Origin: Candidatus Hydrogenedentota bacterium
GTDB taxonomy: Bacteria > Hydrogenedentota > Hydrogenedentia > Hydrogenedentales > SLHB01
Direction: 5' to 3'
DNA: 64,000 nucleotides
Assembly: GCA_963745075.1 (NCBI GenBank)
Contig: CAVUWV010000032.1
Span: forward strand, 32,001-96,000
Shown: positions 19,716-29,899 of the stretch, piece by piece
How positions within the stretch are numbered: the stretch's first letter is position 1
Layout of the letters: each line of letters opens with the position of its first letter
Notes under the pieces: model-generated
What the model was told of the DNA's origin: nothing
Seen by the model: only the letters and a program-made list of their open reading frames with translations
The model's database searches: none
Program-made: the position numbers and the translations under genes

Positions 19716-20516
19716 TCACGCGAACAACGTCGGCTCGCCGTGCGAACCCGGATCGGGTTCCGGCGTCTCTTCGCCGGCAAGCAGTCGCATCACGTGTTGG
19801 ATGTCGTCCCACGTCTTCTTCTTTTCGCCCGGCGACCGGAGCAGGTACGCCGGATGATAGGTAACGCGCAGCGGGATTCCATGATAAAAATGCCAGCGGC
19901 CCCGGAGGCGGCCCGTCGACTCGTCGGTCTTGAGCAACGTCTTCGCCGCGTGCCCACCCAACGCACAAATCACCTTCGGCTTGACCAGATCGAGCTGCCG
20001 AATGAGGTACGGCTCACACTGGTCTTTCTCGGATGGTTGAGGATCCCGGTTATTCGGCGGGCGGCATTTCAATACGTTGCAGATATATACGTCTTCCCGG
20101 CGCAACTTCATCCCTTTAACAATAATATCAGTGAGTAATTGTCCCGCCCGGCCCACGAAAGGTTTGCCCTGCAGGTCTTCGTTTTCTCCCGGCGCCTCCC
20201 CTACAAAGACCAAGTCGGCATTGGGATTCCCATCGCCGAATACGGTTTGCGTCCGGGTCTTGCAGAGGTCACACTTCGTGCAGCCGCTGACCTCTTGTTC
20301 CAGCGCGACGAGTTCCGGCGATGCCGCACCCGCGGTTGGTGGAGGCGGAAGCACAGAAGGAGCGGACGGCGCCGCTTCGGGCTGCGACGCCGGGGCTTCG
20401 TAAAACGCAGCGACTTCCGGAGATAACGCGACGGTCTGCCGGCGGGGATGCGCCGCTTTCCGAATCAGTTCCCGGGTTTCTTCAATGATCTCGTTGTGCA
20501 AGTCTGACGACGCCAT
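19716..20516 (-). CDS. Uracil-DNA glycosylase, family 4 (Fe-S type)
   Basis: [45 protein letters not shown]. Confidence 0.95.
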   Translation of the reverse strand: MASSDLHNEIIEETRELIRKAAHPRRQTVALSPEVAAFYEAPASQPEAAPSAPSVLPPPPTAGAASPELVALEQEVSGCTKCDLCKTRTQTVFGDGNPNADLVFVGEAPGENEDLQGKPFVGRAGQLLTDIIVKGMKLRREDVYICNVLKCRPPNNRDPQPSEKDQCEPYLIRQLDLVKPKVICALGGHAAKTLLKTDESTGRLRGRWHFYHGIPLRVTYHPAYLLRSPGEKKKTWDDIQHVMRLLAGEETPEPDPGSHGEPTLFA

Positions 20517-20618
20517 GGGTTACACCGTTTTCGGGGCATCATACCACGCGGACCGCGAGCGTCGCATATGGGGATAACACGGACCTCGTGCCGTTCCGCT
20601 CCGGTTTTCCTGCAAAGT

Positions 20619-20648
20619 TTGCGCTCCGTTCCATTTATGTGCTATCTT
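20619..20648 (+). promoter_or_regulatory. rpsB promoter candidate with extended -10
   Basis: TTGCGC-N18-TATCTT with TGTGcTATCTT, immediately upstream of the structured leader. Confidence 0.55.
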
Positions 20649-20659
20649 TTGGCGTTTGC

Positions 20660-20750
20660 AATTACACAGGGGTCCCACCTTCTGTGCGGTTTGGGTGCCC
20701 GGCGTGTGGCCGGGTCAGCCGCCGGGCCCCGAGGAAAAACCCAAAAGGGA
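20660..20750 (+). ncRNA. rpsB 5' leader (S2-binding, t44-like cis element)
   Basis: ACACA...GGGTGCCCGG...CCGGGTC...GAGGAAAAACCC layout resembles the S2 autoregulatory leader; expected position. Confidence 0.5.
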
Positions 20751-20759
20751 GAATTACGT

Positions 20760-21623
20760 ATGGCAGTCGTCACCATGAGACAGCTTCTGGAGGCCGGCAT
20801 CCATTTCGGCCACCAGACCCGCCGTTGGAATCCAAAGATGGCCCGGTATATCTTCGGGCAACGCAACGGCATCTACATCATCGACTTGCAGAAAACCCTC
20901 CGCCAGGTCCACAAGGCCCACGCCTTCGTGCGCGACACCGTCGCGGCGGGCGGCACGGTCCTGTTCGTCGGCACCAAGAAGCAGGCCCAGGAACCGGTTG
21001 CGCGCGAAGCCACGCGTTGCGGCATGTATTACGTCAACCATCGCTGGTTGGGCGGGACCTTGACCAACTTCGAGACTATCCAGACCAGCGTTCGGAATCT
21101 CACGCGCCTCGAAGAAATGGACAGTTCCGGCGCCATGGAGAAATACACGAAGAAAGAAGCGGCGAGGATGCGCCGCGAAATGACCAAGCTGCGCCGCAAC
21201 CTCGACGGTATCAAGACGATGGTTCGTCTGCCGGACGTCATGTTCGTGATCGACACCAAGAAGGAAGCGATCGCCGTGCGCGAGGCACAACGCCTCGGTA
21301 TCACGTGTATCGGCATCGTGGATACCAATGCCGACCCGGACAGTGTGCCGATTCCAATTCCGGGTAACGACGACGCCATTCGCGCGGTCTCCTTGTTCTG
21401 CTCGGTTGTCGCCAACGCGGCGATGGACGGTTTGGCCCAAGCGGAAAAGATTCGCGCGGAACAGCCCCAGAAACCGGGCCGCGGCCGCAAGGCGCAACCC
21501 GTGAGCGCTGAAGCCGAAGCCAAACCGGAACAGGAGCCCGAAGCGCCGGGCGAAACAGGGCAGGCCGGCGAACCGGCAGAAGTGGGCGCAGCCACGCAAG
21601 AAGATTCTGAAGGAGAAGAGTAA
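20760..21623 (+). CDS. rpsB: 30S ribosomal protein S2
   Basis: [38 protein letters not shown]; acidic C-terminal tail. Confidence 0.99.
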   Translation: MAVVTMRQLLEAGIHFGHQTRRWNPKMARYIFGQRNGIYIIDLQKTLRQVHKAHAFVRDTVAAGGTVLFVGTKKQAQEPVAREATRCGMYYVNHRWLGGTLTNFETIQTSVRNLTRLEEMDSSGAMEKYTKKEAARMRREMTKLRRNLDGIKTMVRLPDVMFVIDTKKEAIAVREAQRLGITCIGIVDTNADPDSVPIPIPGNDDAIRAVSLFCSVVANAAMDGLAQAEKIRAEQPQKPGRGRKAQPVSAEAEAKPEQEPEAPGETGQAGEPAEVGAATQEDSEGEE

Positions 21624-21626
21624 GTA

Positions 21627-22226
21627 ATGGCGATTTCAGCTCAAGCGGTTAAAGACCTGCGCGATGCAACCGGCGCGGGGATGATGGATTGTAAAAAAGC
21701 ACTGAACGAGTCCGAAGGCGACTTCGACAAAGCCGTGGTATGGCTACGGGAAAAGGGCATGGCCTCGGCAGCGAAACGCGCGGACCGCGAAGCGAGCCAA
21801 GGTGCGGTCACGTCGTACATCCATATGGGCGGCAAGATTGGCGTGCTTGCCGAAGTCAATTGCGAAACCGACTTCGTGGCCCGTGGCGACAAGTTCCAGG
21901 AATTCTGCAAAGACGTATGTCTCCAGATCTGTTCGGCCACGCCGCGTTGGGTCAAACGCGAAGACGTCCCGGAAGACGCCATCGCTGCCGAGAAGGAGAT
22001 TTACGTGAAGCAGGCGGCCGAGACCGGCAAGCCGGCGAACGTGTGCGAAAAGATCGCCGAAGGCAAGCTGAACAAGTGGTACCAAACGGCCTGCCTCTTG
22101 GAGCAGCCGTTCGTAAAAGATACGGATCGCACCATCGAAGAGCTGATGAAAGAACTCAGCGGACTCGTGGGCGAAAAGATAGACGTCCGCCGTTTTGCAC
22201 GGTTCGAGTTGGGCGAGGCCCTCTAG
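21627..22226 (+). CDS. tsf: Elongation factor Ts (short form)
   Basis: LRDATGAGMMDCKKAL, EVNCETDFVA, LLEQPFVKD. Confidence 0.99.
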   Translation: MAISAQAVKDLRDATGAGMMDCKKALNESEGDFDKAVVWLREKGMASAAKRADREASQGAVTSYIHMGGKIGVLAEVNCETDFVARGDKFQEFCKDVCLQICSATPRWVKREDVPEDAIAAEKEIYVKQAAETGKPANVCEKIAEGKLNKWYQTACLLEQPFVKDTDRTIEELMKELSGLVGEKIDVRRFARFELGEAL

Positions 22227-22296
22227 TCAGGACCGCCGCCTGACGTTGCCGAATGACGAGGGCACGATTTACGGGGATGCCACCCGGCGAGCGCGG

Positions 22297-22496
22297 TAAG
22301 AACATCCCCCTTGATCCCCCTTCAAAGGGGGAATGACTCCGCAACGCGGTGGTGGTGTCAGGCAATAGCGTTCGCGCGTACGTTTGACGATCGGTTGCGT
22401 GCAGGCACCGCGAGTTTTGACGGTCGATTGTATGCGCGCACCGCGAAGCGTGCGCAATACTCCCCCTTTGAAGGGGGATGCAAGGGGATGTTCTTA
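22297..22496. repeat. REPIN/MITE-like element, copy 1 (between tsf and pyrH)
   Basis: Left arm TAAGAACATCCCCCTTGATCCCCCTTCAAAGGGGGA; near-perfect inverted right arm ending GGGGATGTTCTTA. Confidence 0.85.
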
Positions 22497-22549
22497 ACAT
22501 TCTCCGTAACCGGTAGTTTGACGATGAATCGCGCGGAAGGAAAAAGAGG

Positions 22550-23269
22550 TTGGCGGAGCCACACTATAGACGCATCATCTTGAAGCTGAGCGGCGAAGCC
22601 CTCGAAGGCGACGGCTCCGGCAGCATCGACTTTGCCACCGTCGGCCGCATTTGTGATGAGATCGCTGAGGTTCGGGAACTGGGCGTCCAAGTCGGCGTCG
22701 TCGTGGGCGGCGGAAACATCTTCCGTGGCGCCCAGGGCGTCGACACCGGCCTCGATCAGCCGACCGGCGATTACATGGGGATGCTGGCCACCATGATCAA
22801 TGCGCTGGCACTGCAAGCCGTGCTCGAACACAAAGGCGCGGCCACGCGTGTGTTGACCGCCATCGAAATGCGGCCCGTGGCCGAACCGTACATCCGCCGC
22901 CGGGCCTTGCGCCACTTGGAAAAGGGCCGGGTCGTCATCTTCGGCGCCGGCACCGGCAACCCTTTCTTTACCACGGACACCGCCGCCGCCCTTCGCGCCA
23001 GCGAGATTGGCGCGGACGTGCTGCTCAAAGCCACCAAAGTCGACGGCGTGTACGATGCCGATCCCGTGAAAAACTCCGGGGCAAAACGGTATGATGATTT
23101 GTCGTATACCACCGCGCTGACGTTGAATCTTCGCGTTATGGATGCAACGGCGATCTCGTTGTGCCGGGAAAGCGGCTTGCCGATTCTCGTGTTCAACTTG
23201 AACGAACCGCGCAGTATCGTCCGGGCGGTGCGAGGAGAGCGAATCGGGACTTTGGTGAAAGGAGACTGA
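22550..23269 (+). CDS. pyrH: UMP kinase
   Basis: [44 protein letters not shown] start. Confidence 0.98.
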   Translation: MAEPHYRRIILKLSGEALEGDGSGSIDFATVGRICDEIAEVRELGVQVGVVVGGGNIFRGAQGVDTGLDQPTGDYMGMLATMINALALQAVLEHKGAATRVLTAIEMRPVAEPYIRRRALRHLEKGRVVIFGAGTGNPFFTTDTAAALRASEIGADVLLKATKVDGVYDADPVKNSGAKRYDDLSYTTALTLNLRVMDATAISLCRESGLPILVFNLNEPRSIVRAVRGERIGTLVKGD

Positions 23270-23272
23270 GCC

Positions 23273-23830
23273 ATGGAACATGCGCTCTGCAAAGAGGCAC
23301 GGGAAAAGATGGAGAAGAGTATCGAGGCGTTTGACAACGAACTCGTTCACATCCGCACGGGGCGAGCATCCGCCGGCCTTCTCGATACCATCGAGGTGGA
23401 AGTCTACGGGTCCCGGATGAAAATCAACCAGCTTGGCACCGTCTCCGCACCGGAGGCCCGACTTCTCACCGTGACCCCGTGGGACAAATCGCAGATGGCC
23501 GCTATCGAAAAAGCCATCCTCGCCTCGCCGCTGGAACTGACGCCGTCGAACGACGGGAAAATCATTCGAATCCCCATCCCCCAGTTAACCGAAGATCGCC
23601 GCAAGGATCTGGTCAAACACGTACATAAGCTCGCCGAAGAGTCACGGGTTGCGGTCCGCAACATCCGCCGGCACCTCGTCGAAGAAGTAAAAAAAGAACA
23701 AAAAGACGGCGATTTGCCGGAAGACGACGCCCATAAATTGACGGCCGAAATCCAGAAGATCACCGACGAATACATCGCCAAGATCGACGCTTCGCTCAAA
23801 GCCAAAGACGAAGAGATTATGGAAGTCTGA
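23273..23830 (+). CDS. frr: Ribosome recycling factor
   Basis: IRTGRAS, PSNDGKIIRIPIPQLTEDRRK, RVAVRNIRR. Confidence 0.98.
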   Translation: MEHALCKEAREKMEKSIEAFDNELVHIRTGRASAGLLDTIEVEVYGSRMKINQLGTVSAPEARLLTVTPWDKSQMAAIEKAILASPLELTPSNDGKIIRIPIPQLTEDRRKDLVKHVHKLAEESRVAVRNIRRHLVEEVKKEQKDGDLPEDDAHKLTAEIQKITDEYIAKIDASLKAKDEEIMEV

Positions 23831-23849
23831 GGCATAACGCGCATCCGGC

Positions 23850-23878
23850 TGTGGTGCAGGCGAGACGCCCGCACCACA
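23850..23878. repeat. REP-like palindrome (same family as the inner repeat at 11585-11652)
   Basis: TGTGGTGCAGGCG-AGA-CGCCCGCACCACA hairpin with one mismatch. Confidence 0.7.
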
Positions 23879-23917
23879 ACAGTGACGAACGGACCGGTTT
23901 CAACGGTCAGATTTCAA

Positions 23918-24685
23918 ATGAACACTTCAGTCGCCAATACAGACCCGGCTCAGTGTATGACGGACGAACTCCCCCAGATCGACCGCGATCGGTTGCCCCG
24001 TCACATCGCCGTCATCATGGACGGCAACGGACGGTGGGCGGCCCAGCACGAGGTCAGCCGCGCAGCGGGCCACGAGGCCGGCGCGAAAAGCGTGCGGGCC
24101 GTCGTGGAAGCCTGTCGCGAACTCGGAGTGACCGTGCTCACGCTTTACGCCTTCTCCACGGAAAACTGGCGGCGTTCAAAATTGGAAATCGACGCCCTCT
24201 TCCGGCTCTTGAGCAAGTACATCGGCATCGAGCTGGAGAACATTCATAAGGAAGATATCCGCGTGTCGGTCATGGGTCGCATGGAAGGACTGCCGGGCAG
24301 AGCACAACGCGATTTGCGGCACGCCATAGAATTAACCGCCGGGAACGCGTCTATGACGTTAAACGTCGCCGTCAATTACGGCGCACGCGCCGAACTCGCG
24401 GATGCGGCGAAGCGAATCGCCGAGGAGGTGAAGGCCGGCCGGCTTGAACCCGCAAAGGTGGACGAGGCTTGTCTTGCACGGCATCTCTATGTGCCGGAAT
24501 TGCCGGACCCCGACTTGCTCATCCGGACCAGCGGCGAAATGCGCCTGAGCAATTTTATGTTATGGCAATTGTCCTACGCCGAAATCGTCGCGGTTCCCAC
24601 GTTGTGGCCGGATTTTCGCAAGCCGCATCTCTACGCCGCCATCGCGGAATATCAATCTCGTCAACGGCGCTTCGGCGGGCGGTGA
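23918..24685 (+). CDS. uppS: Undecaprenyl diphosphate synthase (start may be 23957)
   Basis: PRHIAVIMDGNGRWA, YAFSTENW, DLLIRTSGEMRLSNFMLWQ. Confidence 0.97.
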   Translation: MNTSVANTDPAQCMTDELPQIDRDRLPRHIAVIMDGNGRWAAQHEVSRAAGHEAGAKSVRAVVEACRELGVTVLTLYAFSTENWRRSKLEIDALFRLLSKYIGIELENIHKEDIRVSVMGRMEGLPGRAQRDLRHAIELTAGNASMTLNVAVNYGARAELADAAKRIAEEVKAGRLEPAKVDEACLARHLYVPELPDPDLLIRTSGEMRLSNFMLWQLSYAEIVAVPTLWPDFRKPHLYAAIAEYQSRQRRFGGR

Positions 24686-24689
24686 TTTT

Positions 24690-25535
24690 GTGAACCTCGC
24701 GAACAGAGACGGATCCGTCTTGCTGCGCACCTTGACCGGTGCCACGGCGCTCGGCATCTTTTTGGTGCTGATTTGGGTGCCCCAATTGAAGCTGGGATTC
24801 GCGCTGTTTGTCGGGGCCCTGGTCCTCGTCGGCCTGTACGAACTGTATGCCATCGCGCGCGCACGGCAAATTTCGCCGGAAACCATCGGTGGCATGTTCG
24901 CCGGAACCATCATCGCTCTCAGCGGCTATTTCAACAGCCCGTCGCTGACGAATTTTCTGCTCTACGGCGGCTGCCTGCTCGTCGCGGCGCTGCACGTCGT
25001 GCGCGGACATCACGCCGTCGCCGGGTTAGCGGGTACGATCTTCGGCTTGATTTACGTCGGATGGTTCGGCGCGCACCTCGTCCTGCTCCATGGACTGCCC
25101 GTCGTCGGACCGGGATTTGTCACGATGTTGTTCGTCGCCGTGATTCTCACCGATACCGCGGCATTCTTCATCGGACGGACCATTGGGACACACAAGCTGG
25201 CACCCAAGGCGAGCCCGGGAAAGACCTGGGAAGGCGCGGCCGGCGGGTTTGTGTTTGCCATTCTGGGCATGGCGGTCATGTGGTACGTGCATCGGCTTGA
25301 CGCACGGCTCGTGCTGCCGGATTGGTCCCTCTGGCGCTACCTCTACGCGGGCATCGTCCTCTCGATCGCCTCGCAGGTCGGCGACTTGGCGGAGTCTTGC
25401 CTGAAACGCGATGCGGGAGTCAAGGACTCGGGAAACTTTTTTCCGGGCCACGGCGGCGTGTTGGACCGATGTGACGGGTTCCTGTTCGCATCGCCGTTTC
25501 TTTACTATATGGCGGTGCCGCTCCTGGGCAATTGA
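24690..25535 (+). CDS. cdsA: Phosphatidate cytidylyltransferase
   Basis: SPGKTWEG, GDLAESCLKRDAGVKDSG, PGHGGVLDR. Confidence 0.96.
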   Translation: MNLANRDGSVLLRTLTGATALGIFLVLIWVPQLKLGFALFVGALVLVGLYELYAIARARQISPETIGGMFAGTIIALSGYFNSPSLTNFLLYGGCLLVAALHVVRGHHAVAGLAGTIFGLIYVGWFGAHLVLLHGLPVVGPGFVTMLFVAVILTDTAAFFIGRTIGTHKLAPKASPGKTWEGAAGGFVFAILGMAVMWYVHRLDARLVLPDWSLWRYLYAGIVLSIASQVGDLAESCLKRDAGVKDSGNFFPGHGGVLDRCDGFLFASPFLYYMAVPLLGN

Positions 25536-25691
25536 AGGCCGGCGCAATACAAATTCACGACCACCTCCGATCTGAAATTTGAGATCTGAAATCCCAGATC
25601 GTAAAGCGAGGGCTACAAGAGGAACCGCCCCGCCGCCGTGACTAACGGTGCAAGCAAATACCGTCTGCAAGGTCAGACAAGGAATAACACG

Positions 25692-26804
25692 ATGTACGAA
25701 GAAGTAGCCGAACGGCTGACCGACTATTCCGCGCGACTGCAAGATCTGCGCAAATGTCTGGACGTCGAAGGCACAAAAGAAGAAATCGCTGCGATCGAGC
25801 AGGTCATGTCCGCGCCAAATTTCTGGGACGATCCGGAGAGCGCGCAGAAAACCGTGCAAAAGCTGAAGGGGTTGAAAGCCATTATTGCCGCGCCGGACGC
25901 GTTGGCGGCGGAGATTAGCGACGCCGAAGTGCTGGTTGAACTGGCGCAGTCGGAAGAAGAGGCGTCCATGGGACCCGAACTACTCGAACAAACCAACCAG
26001 ATTGAAGAGAAACTCGACCGGCTCGAAATCACCAGCCTTTTCAACGATCCGCGTGATAAGAAGAACGCCATCATCAACATTCATCCCGGCGCGGGCGGCA
26101 CGGAATCCTGCGACTGGGCCTTGATGCTGTACCGCATGATCACGCGGTGCTGTGAACGGCACGAATTCGACGTCGAGGTCGTGGACTACCAGGAAGGCGA
26201 CGAAGCCGGACTCAAAAGCGCGACCCTGATCGCGGAAGGACCTTTTGCCTACGGCAATCTCAAGTCCGAAGCGGGTGTGCACCGGTTGGTGCGAATCTCG
26301 CCCTTCGACGCCAACAAACGGCGCCATACGTCTTTCGCCGCCATCGAAGTGGTGCCCGAAGCGGACGAGGACGTCGACATCGAGATCAAAGAAGAAGAAT
26401 TGAAAATGGACGTGTTCCGCTCCAGCGGACCCGGCGGACAGAAGGTGAATAAAACGAGTTCCGCCGTGCGGCTTACCCATCTGCCCACGGGTCTCGTGGT
26501 GGCCTGCCAGATCGAACGGTCCCAGCATCGCAATCGCGCCACAGCCATCAACATGTTGAAGGCGAAACTCTACGATATCGAGATGCAGAAAAAGGAAGTC
26601 GAACGGCTCGCCTTGCGCGAGGGACAAGCGGACGCCGCGTGGGGGAGCCAGATTCGCAGCTACGTGCTCCATCCCTATCAGATGATTAAGGATCATCGGA
26701 CCGACGCGGAGACAGGAAATGTCGATCGCGTGCTCGACGGCGATCTCGATATGTTTATTGCCAGTTATTTGAAGTGGAACCTGGAGAGGAAAGGCCGAAA
26801 TTAA
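25692..26804 (+). CDS. prfB: Peptide chain release factor 2 (single continuous ORF)
   Basis: GVHRLVRISPF (SPF), GPGGQKVN, WGSQIRSYV; followed by lysS. Confidence 0.98.
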   Translation: MYEEVAERLTDYSARLQDLRKCLDVEGTKEEIAAIEQVMSAPNFWDDPESAQKTVQKLKGLKAIIAAPDALAAEISDAEVLVELAQSEEEASMGPELLEQTNQIEEKLDRLEITSLFNDPRDKKNAIINIHPGAGGTESCDWALMLYRMITRCCERHEFDVEVVDYQEGDEAGLKSATLIAEGPFAYGNLKSEAGVHRLVRISPFDANKRRHTSFAAIEVVPEADEDVDIEIKEEELKMDVFRSSGPGGQKVNKTSSAVRLTHLPTGLVVACQIERSQHRNRATAINMLKAKLYDIEMQKKEVERLALREGQADAAWGSQIRSYVLHPYQMIKDHRTDAETGNVDRVLDGDLDMFIASYLKWNLERKGRN

Positions 26805-26808
26805 TCTC

Positions 26809-28308
26809 ATGTCCGAAGAGCATCACTCAACCGAAGAAGAACTGCGGCGTCATCGCATCGACAAACTGGATCGCATTCGCGAACGCGGCGACGAACCGTT
26901 CAAATACACCTTCGAGCGATCCAGCACCATCGGAGACGCGCGCACGGCATTCGAGGCCGCAGAATCCAAGAGCGAGGACGCGGCCGAGGCCAAGATCCAG
27001 GCGACTCTCGCGGGACGAATGGTGTCGTTTCGCGATCACGGCAAGAGCGTGTTTGTCGACATTCGCGACGAGACCGGCCAGATTCAGGTCTATTTCAACG
27101 TGAAGGGCATTGGCGAAGAAGCCTTTGCCGCCGTGCACGATCTCGATATGGGCGATTTCATCGGCGCGACGGGCGAGGTCCACCGCACGCGGAAGGGCGA
27201 AATTACATTGTTTGCGTCGTCCTTTGAAATACTGACTAAATCCTTGCGCGCGCTGCCGGAGAAGTATCACGGACTGACGGATGTCGAGACGCGGTATCGC
27301 CAGCGGTACCTGGACCTGGTGGCCAATCCCGAAGTGCTGGATATCTTCCGCAAGCGTGTCCAGTTGATCGCCGCCATGCGCACCTGGCTTACGGATCGCG
27401 GGTTCCTCGAAGTCGAAACGCCCATGCTGCACCCCATCCCCGGCGGCGCCACGGCCCGTCCCTTCATCACGCATCACAATACGTACGACACGGACCTCTA
27501 TCTGCGCATCGCGCCGGAACTATATTTGAAACGCTGCATCGTCGGCGGATTCGAGCGTGTCTTCGAGATCAACCGTAATTTCCGGAACGAGGGCGTCGAC
27601 ACGCGCCACAATCCCGAGTTCACCATGATGGAACTCTACGAGGCCTATCAGGATTACATGGGATTGATGGACGAAACGGAAGAACTCTTCGTCGCCGTCA
27701 TCGAAGCGGTGGTCGGCGGGACGAAATTTCCGTACCAGGGCGAAACCATCGACGCGACGCGGCCGTGGAAACGTATCAAGCTGTTCGACGCGATTCGCGA
27801 GTACGCGGGCGTCGATCTGGAATCCACGCGGGACCGCGACGAAGCGGCCGCGCTGGCGAAACAAGCGGGCGTGGAGGTAGATCCGGCCATGGGCTATGGG
27901 AAGATCGTGGATGAGGTCATGAGCCTGAAGGTCGTGCCCCATCTCGTGCAGCCCACGTTCCTCTACGATTACCCCATCGAGATCTCGCCCCTCGCAAAGA
28001 AGAAGCGCGACAACCCGGCCCTGACGGAACGGTTCCAGGCCTTCATCGGCCGGCTCGAAATGTGTAACGCGTTCTCGGAACTCAACGATCCCATCGATCA
28101 GCGGGAACGCTTTATGGACCAGCTTAAACAGCGCGAAAAGGGCGATGAAGAGGCGCAGCACCTCGATGACGATTTCATTACAGCCCTCGAAGTCGGAATG
28201 CCGCCCACCGCCGGGCTCGGCATCGGCATCGATCGCCTGGCGATGTTGCTGACCGACTCGGCATCGATCCGAGAAGTGATCTTGTTCCCGCTGCTGCGAC
28301 CGCTGTGA
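26809..28308 (+). CDS. lysS: Lysine--tRNA ligase, class II
   Basis: RYRQRYLDL, YLRIAPELYLKR, FRNEG, HNPEFTM, GMPPTAGLGIGIDRL. Confidence 0.99.
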   Translation: MSEEHHSTEEELRRHRIDKLDRIRERGDEPFKYTFERSSTIGDARTAFEAAESKSEDAAEAKIQATLAGRMVSFRDHGKSVFVDIRDETGQIQVYFNVKGIGEEAFAAVHDLDMGDFIGATGEVHRTRKGEITLFASSFEILTKSLRALPEKYHGLTDVETRYRQRYLDLVANPEVLDIFRKRVQLIAAMRTWLTDRGFLEVETPMLHPIPGGATARPFITHHNTYDTDLYLRIAPELYLKRCIVGGFERVFEINRNFRNEGVDTRHNPEFTMMELYEAYQDYMGLMDETEELFVAVIEAVVGGTKFPYQGETIDATRPWKRIKLFDAIREYAGVDLESTRDRDEAAALAKQAGVEVDPAMGYGKIVDEVMSLKVVPHLVQPTFLYDYPIEISPLAKKKRDNPALTERFQAFIGRLEMCNAFSELNDPIDQRERFMDQLKQREKGDEEAQHLDDDFITALEVGMPPTAGLGIGIDRLAMLLTDSASIREVILFPLLRPL

Positions 28309-28406
28309 TTTGTACTACAGTCATGCATAGTTGAACGAAACCGATTGGCGCTCTGGACACCCAGCAAGCCTCGGGATTGAAAATTGGATTAGTAGGATAA
28401 GGAACG

Positions 28407-28573
28407 AAGAACATCCCCCTTGATCCCCCTTCAAAGGGGGAATGATACTCGTTCCTGTCCGTTGGCGCTTGTATCGAATAGTCTCTAAGTCCATCGGCGC
28501 CGTTTGCCTGAAGCGCAACGCAACGCGTTGCGGAGAATTCCCCCTTTGAAGGGGGATCAAGGGGGATGTTCTT
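28407..28573. repeat. REPIN/MITE-like element, copy 2 (between lysS and lolC/E)
   Basis: Perfect 37-bp inverted repeat AAGAACATCCCCCTTGATCCCCCTTCAAAGGGGGAAT (28407-28443 / 28537-28573). Confidence 0.88.
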
Positions 28574-28633
28574 AAGTGCGAACAACGTCACGTCAGGTTG
28601 TGTGAATTACGAAGTACGATCGAGGAGACTCCA

Positions 28634-29899
28634 TTGCGGTTTGAAGCCTATGTGGCCATGCGGTACTTGCGCGGCAAGCGCAAGAGCCGTTTCGTCAGTC
28701 TTATCACGATCATCTCGGTCGCCGGGGTGAGCGTAGGCGTGATGGCGCTGATCGTGGTCATGGGCGTCATGACGGGTTTCGACGAAGAACTCACCGCTTC
28801 CATCATGGGTAACAACGCCCACCTCACGATCGAAGACCGCTTCCACGAACCCCTCCAGGATCCGGACGCGATTATCGACCAGTTGAAAGAAACCTATCCC
28901 GAGATCATCGCTGCAAGTCCTATCGTCCAGGTTCGTGCTGCCCTGCGCCGTAGCGGGAGCAGCGGCCAGGACTACGAAGCCGCCTACGTCATCGGCATCG
29001 ACCCCAAGCGGGAAACAGAAGTAACGCAACTCGCGGAGAATTTGACCAAAGCGCGGGGCCGTACCATGGGCGCCGGACACCTGCCCGGGAAGAATGAGAT
29101 CGTGCTGGGCTGGCAACTCGCGCAAAACGTCGGTGTCTATATAGGCGACCTTGTTGCGATTGTCACGTTGACGGATACGCCGTCGCCGTTGGGCCGCGTG
29201 TCCACGTCGGAGAAATGGTGCACGGTCAGCGGAATCTCTCAGGCGCAAATGCAGGAGTTCGACTCCGTCTACGCCTACGTCACCCTCGACACGGCGCAGC
29301 GCATCAAGCGTCAGGAAGGCGTCGACGCGATCCACTGCATCATCAAAGATCCCATGCAGGCGAAGATCCTGGCCCGCCGAATTGAGGAGGACTTCGGCTA
29401 TCTGGCCTCGACCTGGTACGACAGCAATATCTTCTTCTTCGAGGCGCTCAAGCAGGAAAAGGTGGCCATGTTCATCATCCTGATGTTCATCATCCTCGTG
29501 GCCGCCTTCAACATCACCAGCACCCTCATCATGGTGGTCATGGAGAAGAAGCGCGACATCGGCATCCTACGCACCTTGGGTGTCAGCAGCCGGGCCATCA
29601 TTCAACTGTTCATGCTGGAAGGCCTCTACATCGGTTTGAGCGGAACTTTTGTCGGGGTCGTCTGCGGTACGGTGCTCGCCTACAACCTCAACCCCGTCGC
29701 AAAAGTGATTGCGTGGTTTCTAGACATCGATCTTTTTAACGCGGTCATCTACCACTTCGATCACATCCCTGTGGCCGTCGTGCCGCGGGACATCATCGGC
29801 ATCACACTGTGCGCGGTTGCCCTGACCTTCATTTCGACTCTGTATCCGGCGTGGAGCGCGTCGCGCCTCGACCCGGTGGATGCGTTACGTTATGAGTAA
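28634..29899 (+). CDS. lolE: Lipoprotein-releasing ABC transporter permease LolC/E
   Basis: GAGGAG RBS plus TTG; RYLRGKRKSRFVSLI, VAAFNITSTLIMVVMEKKRDIGILRT, DPVDALRYE. Confidence 0.9.
   Translation: MRFEAYVAMRYLRGKRKSRFVSLITIISVAGVSVGVMALIVVMGVMTGFDEELTASIMGNNAHLTIEDRFHEPLQDPDAIIDQLKETYPEIIAASPIVQVRAALRRSGSSGQDYEAAYVIGIDPKRETEVTQLAENLTKARGRTMGAGHLPGKNEIVLGWQLAQNVGVYIGDLVAIVTLTDTPSPLGRVSTSEKWCTVSGISQAQMQEFDSVYAYVTLDTAQRIKRQEGVDAIHCIIKDPMQAKILARRIEEDFGYLASTWYDSNIFFFEALKQEKVAMFIILMFIILVAAFNITSTLIMVVMEKKRDIGILRTLGVSSRAIIQLFMLEGLYIGLSGTFVGVVCGTVLAYNLNPVAKVIAWFLDIDLFNAVIYHFDHIPVAVVPRDIIGITLCAVALTFISTLYPAWSASRLDPVDALRYE

Noticed and set aside
20568..20759. N-terminal extensions in the ORF track for rpsB, rplJ, fumC, the NtrC-type regulator, the sulfatase and the Coa1-like gene
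   Set aside because: Family similarity and RBS position support downstream starts; some extensions run through leaders or repeats.
22297..28573. ~37-bp palindromic repeats resembling CRISPR repeats
   Set aside because: Copies are inverted and kilobases apart rather than tandem with regular spacers; no cas genes in the window.
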